A stretch of DNA of 10,311 nt from Candidatus Bipolaricaulia bacterium (GTDB taxonomy: Bacteria; Bipolaricaulota; Bipolaricaulia; RBG-16-55-9): positions 2,794-13,104 of the forward strand of contig JBDGQO010000099.1 in NCBI GenBank assembly GCA_042219045.1. Direction: 5' to 3'. Position 1 is the stretch's first letter. Every line of letters starts with the position of its first letter. The notes beneath the pieces were generated by a model that had not been told where the DNA came from, ran no database searches, and saw only the letters and a program-made list of their open reading frames with translations. Below are positions 7,980 through 10,311 of this stretch, piece by piece. Position numbers and translations under genes: made by a program.

Positions 7980-8025
7980 GGGCAATGCCCTCCTTTGGTA
8001 TGCTTTCTGCAGAGATACGCCACGG

Positions 8026-8056
8026 AGTATATAGTTAATGGGAATCAAGATGTCAA
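8026..8056 (-). promoter_or_regulatory. Sigma70-type promoter for the 5'-nucleotidase gene
   Basis: Minus strand perfect TTGACA (8056-8051), then TATATACT starting 17 nt downstream (TATATA at 17 nt or TATACT at 19 nt). AT-rich island. Confidence 0.65.
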
Positions 8057-8253
8057 CAGGGAAGCTTCGGTCGGATTTTCGGGGATCGGCAGCTTCTCGC
8101 AATTTGCATGCTTGTGATTCGATCCTCAAGGTTCCCCTTTTATATAAGCGCTATAGTTGAACAACCTTTCGGTAATGGAGGGACGTCGACAGACTCGGTA
8201 CCAACGAAACGAATGGTTCACCGAACGCCTCCCACTGAGTTGCGACGGTCGGC

Positions 8254-9264
8254 TCACATCCCATGCCATCGATGCGACACGCCGTCGCCGAACGCGGCGT
8301 CGGCGGCGTTGGCCAGTACCGCCCGAATTCGCTGCTCACCCCATCCGAACGCCGAAGCCAGATGGCTCAGCTCATCGGTGACCGTCGTGTTGGACATGAG
8401 CCGATTGTCGGTGCTTACCGTCACGTTGACGCCGTCACGCAGATAGTCGGCGATCGGGTGGTCCGCGTAGCTCGCAAATCGGGCCGTCTGCAGGTTGCTT
8501 GTTGGGCACATCTCCAGCGGCACGCCCTCACGGACGACCCCCTCTCGAACATGCCACGGCGAGTCGTGGAGATAGAGCCCGTGGCCGAGGCGGTCGGCAC
8601 CCAATTGGAGGGCCTGTTCGATGTGGTCGGGACAGGGTTCCTCGCCCGCGTGGAGCGTCACGCCCAACCCGGCGTCCTTAGCGTGGGTAATCGCGTCCTC
8701 GTGAAGCGTCGGCGGAAAGTCGCGTTCGGGCCCGGCCAGGTCAAACGCCAGCACGCCCGCTTCCTTGTAGGCAGACGCCAGACGGGCCGTCTCCCGCGTC
8801 CGTTGGGGCGACTCCTGTCGCATCCCGCAGAGGATCAGTCCCCCGTCAACGCCCGTCTCAGCGCGGCCGTGGCGCAAGCCATCCAGCGCCGCCTCGACAA
8901 CGCGCTCCGGGGACAAGCCGCCGTCCAAGTGGAGCAGAGGCGCAAAGCGAACCTCCATGAACACCCCGTTTTCGCTGGCAAAGTCCTCCAGCAGCTCGCC
9001 GACGGCGCGGGCGATGTGCTCCGCGCGTTGGAGCACCCGGAGCGAGTAATGGAACAGCTCCAGGTAGGCGTCCAGGCTGTGCTTGTCGGCGGTGAAGAAG
9101 CGTCGGACTTCCTTCGGGCCATCAACGGGCAAGCGGACGTTCTCGGTTTGGGCCAGTTCCCAGATCGTGGCGGGCCGGAGCGAGCCATCGAGATGACAGT
9201 GGAGCTCGACCTTGGGCAACGACGCGATCCAAGATCGGGTTACCCGGGTTGAATCGTTCGCGAT
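8254..9264 (-). CDS. add: Adenosine deaminase (amidohydrolase superfamily); start codon uncertain
   Basis: LPKVELHCHLDGS, EVRFAP, DLAGPE, TLHAGE, RLGHG, LEMCPTSN, VSTDN: all metal and catalytic motifs present. First canonical start is TTG at 9219, but the frame is open to 9270. Start placed tentatively at ATC 9264 behind AGGAGG (see findings). Confidence 0.88.
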   Translation of the reverse strand: MANDSTRVTRSWIASLPKVELHCHLDGSLRPATIWELAQTENVRLPVDGPKEVRRFFTADKHSLDAYLELFHYSLRVLQRAEHIARAVGELLEDFASENGVFMEVRFAPLLHLDGGLSPERVVEAALDGLRHGRAETGVDGGLILCGMRQESPQRTRETARLASAYKEAGVLAFDLAGPERDFPPTLHEDAITHAKDAGLGVTLHAGEEPCPDHIEQALQLGADRLGHGLYLHDSPWHVREGVVREGVPLEMCPTSNLQTARFASYADHPIADYLRDGVNVTVSTDNRLMSNTTVTDELSHLASAFGWGEQRIRAVLANAADAAFGDGVSHRWHGM

Positions 9265-9270
9265 GGCGCA

Positions 9271-10089
9271 TCACACCTCCTGGTCGCGACGGGATTGCAC
9301 GGTCGTCATGAGCTCTCGGACGCGCTCCGGATCGACGTCGTTCTGGACGATCCCGTCGCGCTTGAGCACGCTACCGACGATTGCCCCATCCGCACGGTCC
9401 ATCAGCGTAGCCACGTTGTCCAGCGTGACGCCACTGCCGATCAAGACGGGAACCGTTCCATCAGCCGCGTCCTGCGCTCGCTCCATATCAGAGACGTCCG
9501 TGGCCGCCCCCGTGCCGGTTCCCGAGATAATGATCGCATCGGCTCGACCGCGCTCGACGACGTCGCGGACATCCGTCGCCAAGTCGTAGTCGCCGAGCGG
9601 TGCGGAGTGTTTGACGTCCACGTCAGCGACAACTCGGATGGATGGATCGAGTGATGCCCGATAGCGCTGGATCTCGTGCGCCTCGCCCTCGATCAATCCC
9701 TGATCGGTCACGCGGGCCCCGCAGTAGACGTTGACCCGGATGAACTGGGCGCCGATGGCGCTGGCGATCGCCAACGCGCTCGGGCCGTCGTTGCGCAGCA
9801 CGTTGACGCCGAGCGGCATTTCCGAATATCGATCACGAATTGCCCGGCCGAGCACGCTCATTTGCGCGATCGTGTGGGGCGGCACGCGACGTGGATGAAA
9901 CGGCGCGTCGCCAAAGTTTTCGAGGATGAGGCCGTCGACACCCCCGGAGGCCAATGCCCCCGCATCCCGCAGCACCCGTTCGCGAATGGCAAGCAGATCC
10001 AACTCGTGGGCGGGTGAGCCCGGCAAGGCGGGCAGATGGACGACGCCGATCACCGGATAGCGCGGTCCGAACATCTCCCACTTAGCCAT
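9271..10089 (-). CDS. BtpA/SgcQ family TIM-barrel protein
   Basis: VIGVVHLPALPGSP, GVDGLILENFGDAPF, LGVNVLRND, FIRVN, TDQGLIEG, ADVDVKHS, IISGTGTG, VLIGSGV, DGAIVGS.LK, VD.ERV. Start at ATG 10089 chosen by family length; 10074 and 10116 are alternatives. Confidence 0.9.
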   Translation of the reverse strand: MAKWEMFGPRYPVIGVVHLPALPGSPAHELDLLAIRERVLRDAGALASGGVDGLILENFGDAPFHPRRVPPHTIAQMSVLGRAIRDRYSEMPLGVNVLRNDGPSALAIASAIGAQFIRVNVYCGARVTDQGLIEGEAHEIQRYRASLDPSIRVVADVDVKHSAPLGDYDLATDVRDVVERGRADAIIISGTGTGAATDVSDMERAQDAADGTVPVLIGSGVTLDNVATLMDRADGAIVGSVLKRDGIVQNDVDPERVRELMTTVQSRRDQEV

Positions 10090-10165
10090 CGCAGCTACGG
10101 TATCCCATGGCCCCATCGATCCCCAACTTTCCCCGGGGTCCACGTTTGGATAAAATGGAGCCACT

Positions 10166-10311
10166 ATGGCCGACGTGGTCGCGATCGGCGACGTCAACGT
10201 CGACTTCCTGATGTCGGTGGGGCGCTACCCGGATCCCGGAGAATCTGCCATCTCCCGGGCGTCCACGTGGCAGGTGGGCGGATCGGCGAGCAATGCGGCC
10301 ATCGTGCTGAG
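10166..10311 (+). CDS. PfkB/ribokinase-family carbohydrate or nucleoside kinase, N-terminal fragment (runs off the window)
   Basis: Not in the ORF track. Translates as MADVVAIGDVNVDFLMSVGRYPDPGESAISRASTWQVGGSASNAAIVL, with G..NVD, P.PGE and GG...N.A signatures. GGAG at 10157-10160. Confidence 0.85.
   Translation, partial: MADVVAIGDVNVDFLMSVGRYPDPGESAISRASTWQVGGSASNAAIVL

Noticed and set aside
7980..8129. 50-aa N-terminal extension of the nucleotidase in the ORF track
   Set aside because: It spans the promoter. The strong SD and signal peptide support ATG 7979.
10090..10197. N-terminal extension of BtpA to 10197
   Set aside because: Would overlap the divergent PfkB start and intergenic region. 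Family similarity begins near residue 42 of that ORF.

Overview
GC-rich bacterial chromosomal window with acidic secreted proteins, no RNA genes, mobile elements or CRISPR seen. The + strand carries ilvE, a small predicted outer-membrane beta-barrel, gltX and an atypical rsmD. The - strand carries a BtpA/SgcQ-family TIM barrel, an adenosine deaminase, a secreted 5'-nucleotidase-family protein with C-terminal OB-fold-like domain(s), a membrane-anchored coiled-coil/7x FG-GAP propeller protein and a 2TM protein. A divergent PfkB kinase starts at the right edge. Most notable: (1) a candidate nucleotide/nucleoside scavenging cluster that includes the functionally uncharacterised BtpA family; (2) the deaminase lacks a canonical start for its conserved N-terminus and is in frame with btpA across a single TGA; (3) the ilvE and nucleotidase promoters, 8 kb apart, share two near-identical motifs; (4) non-canonical active-site motifs in RsmD and the nucleotidase. 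All family calls come from motif recognition by eye, not database searches.
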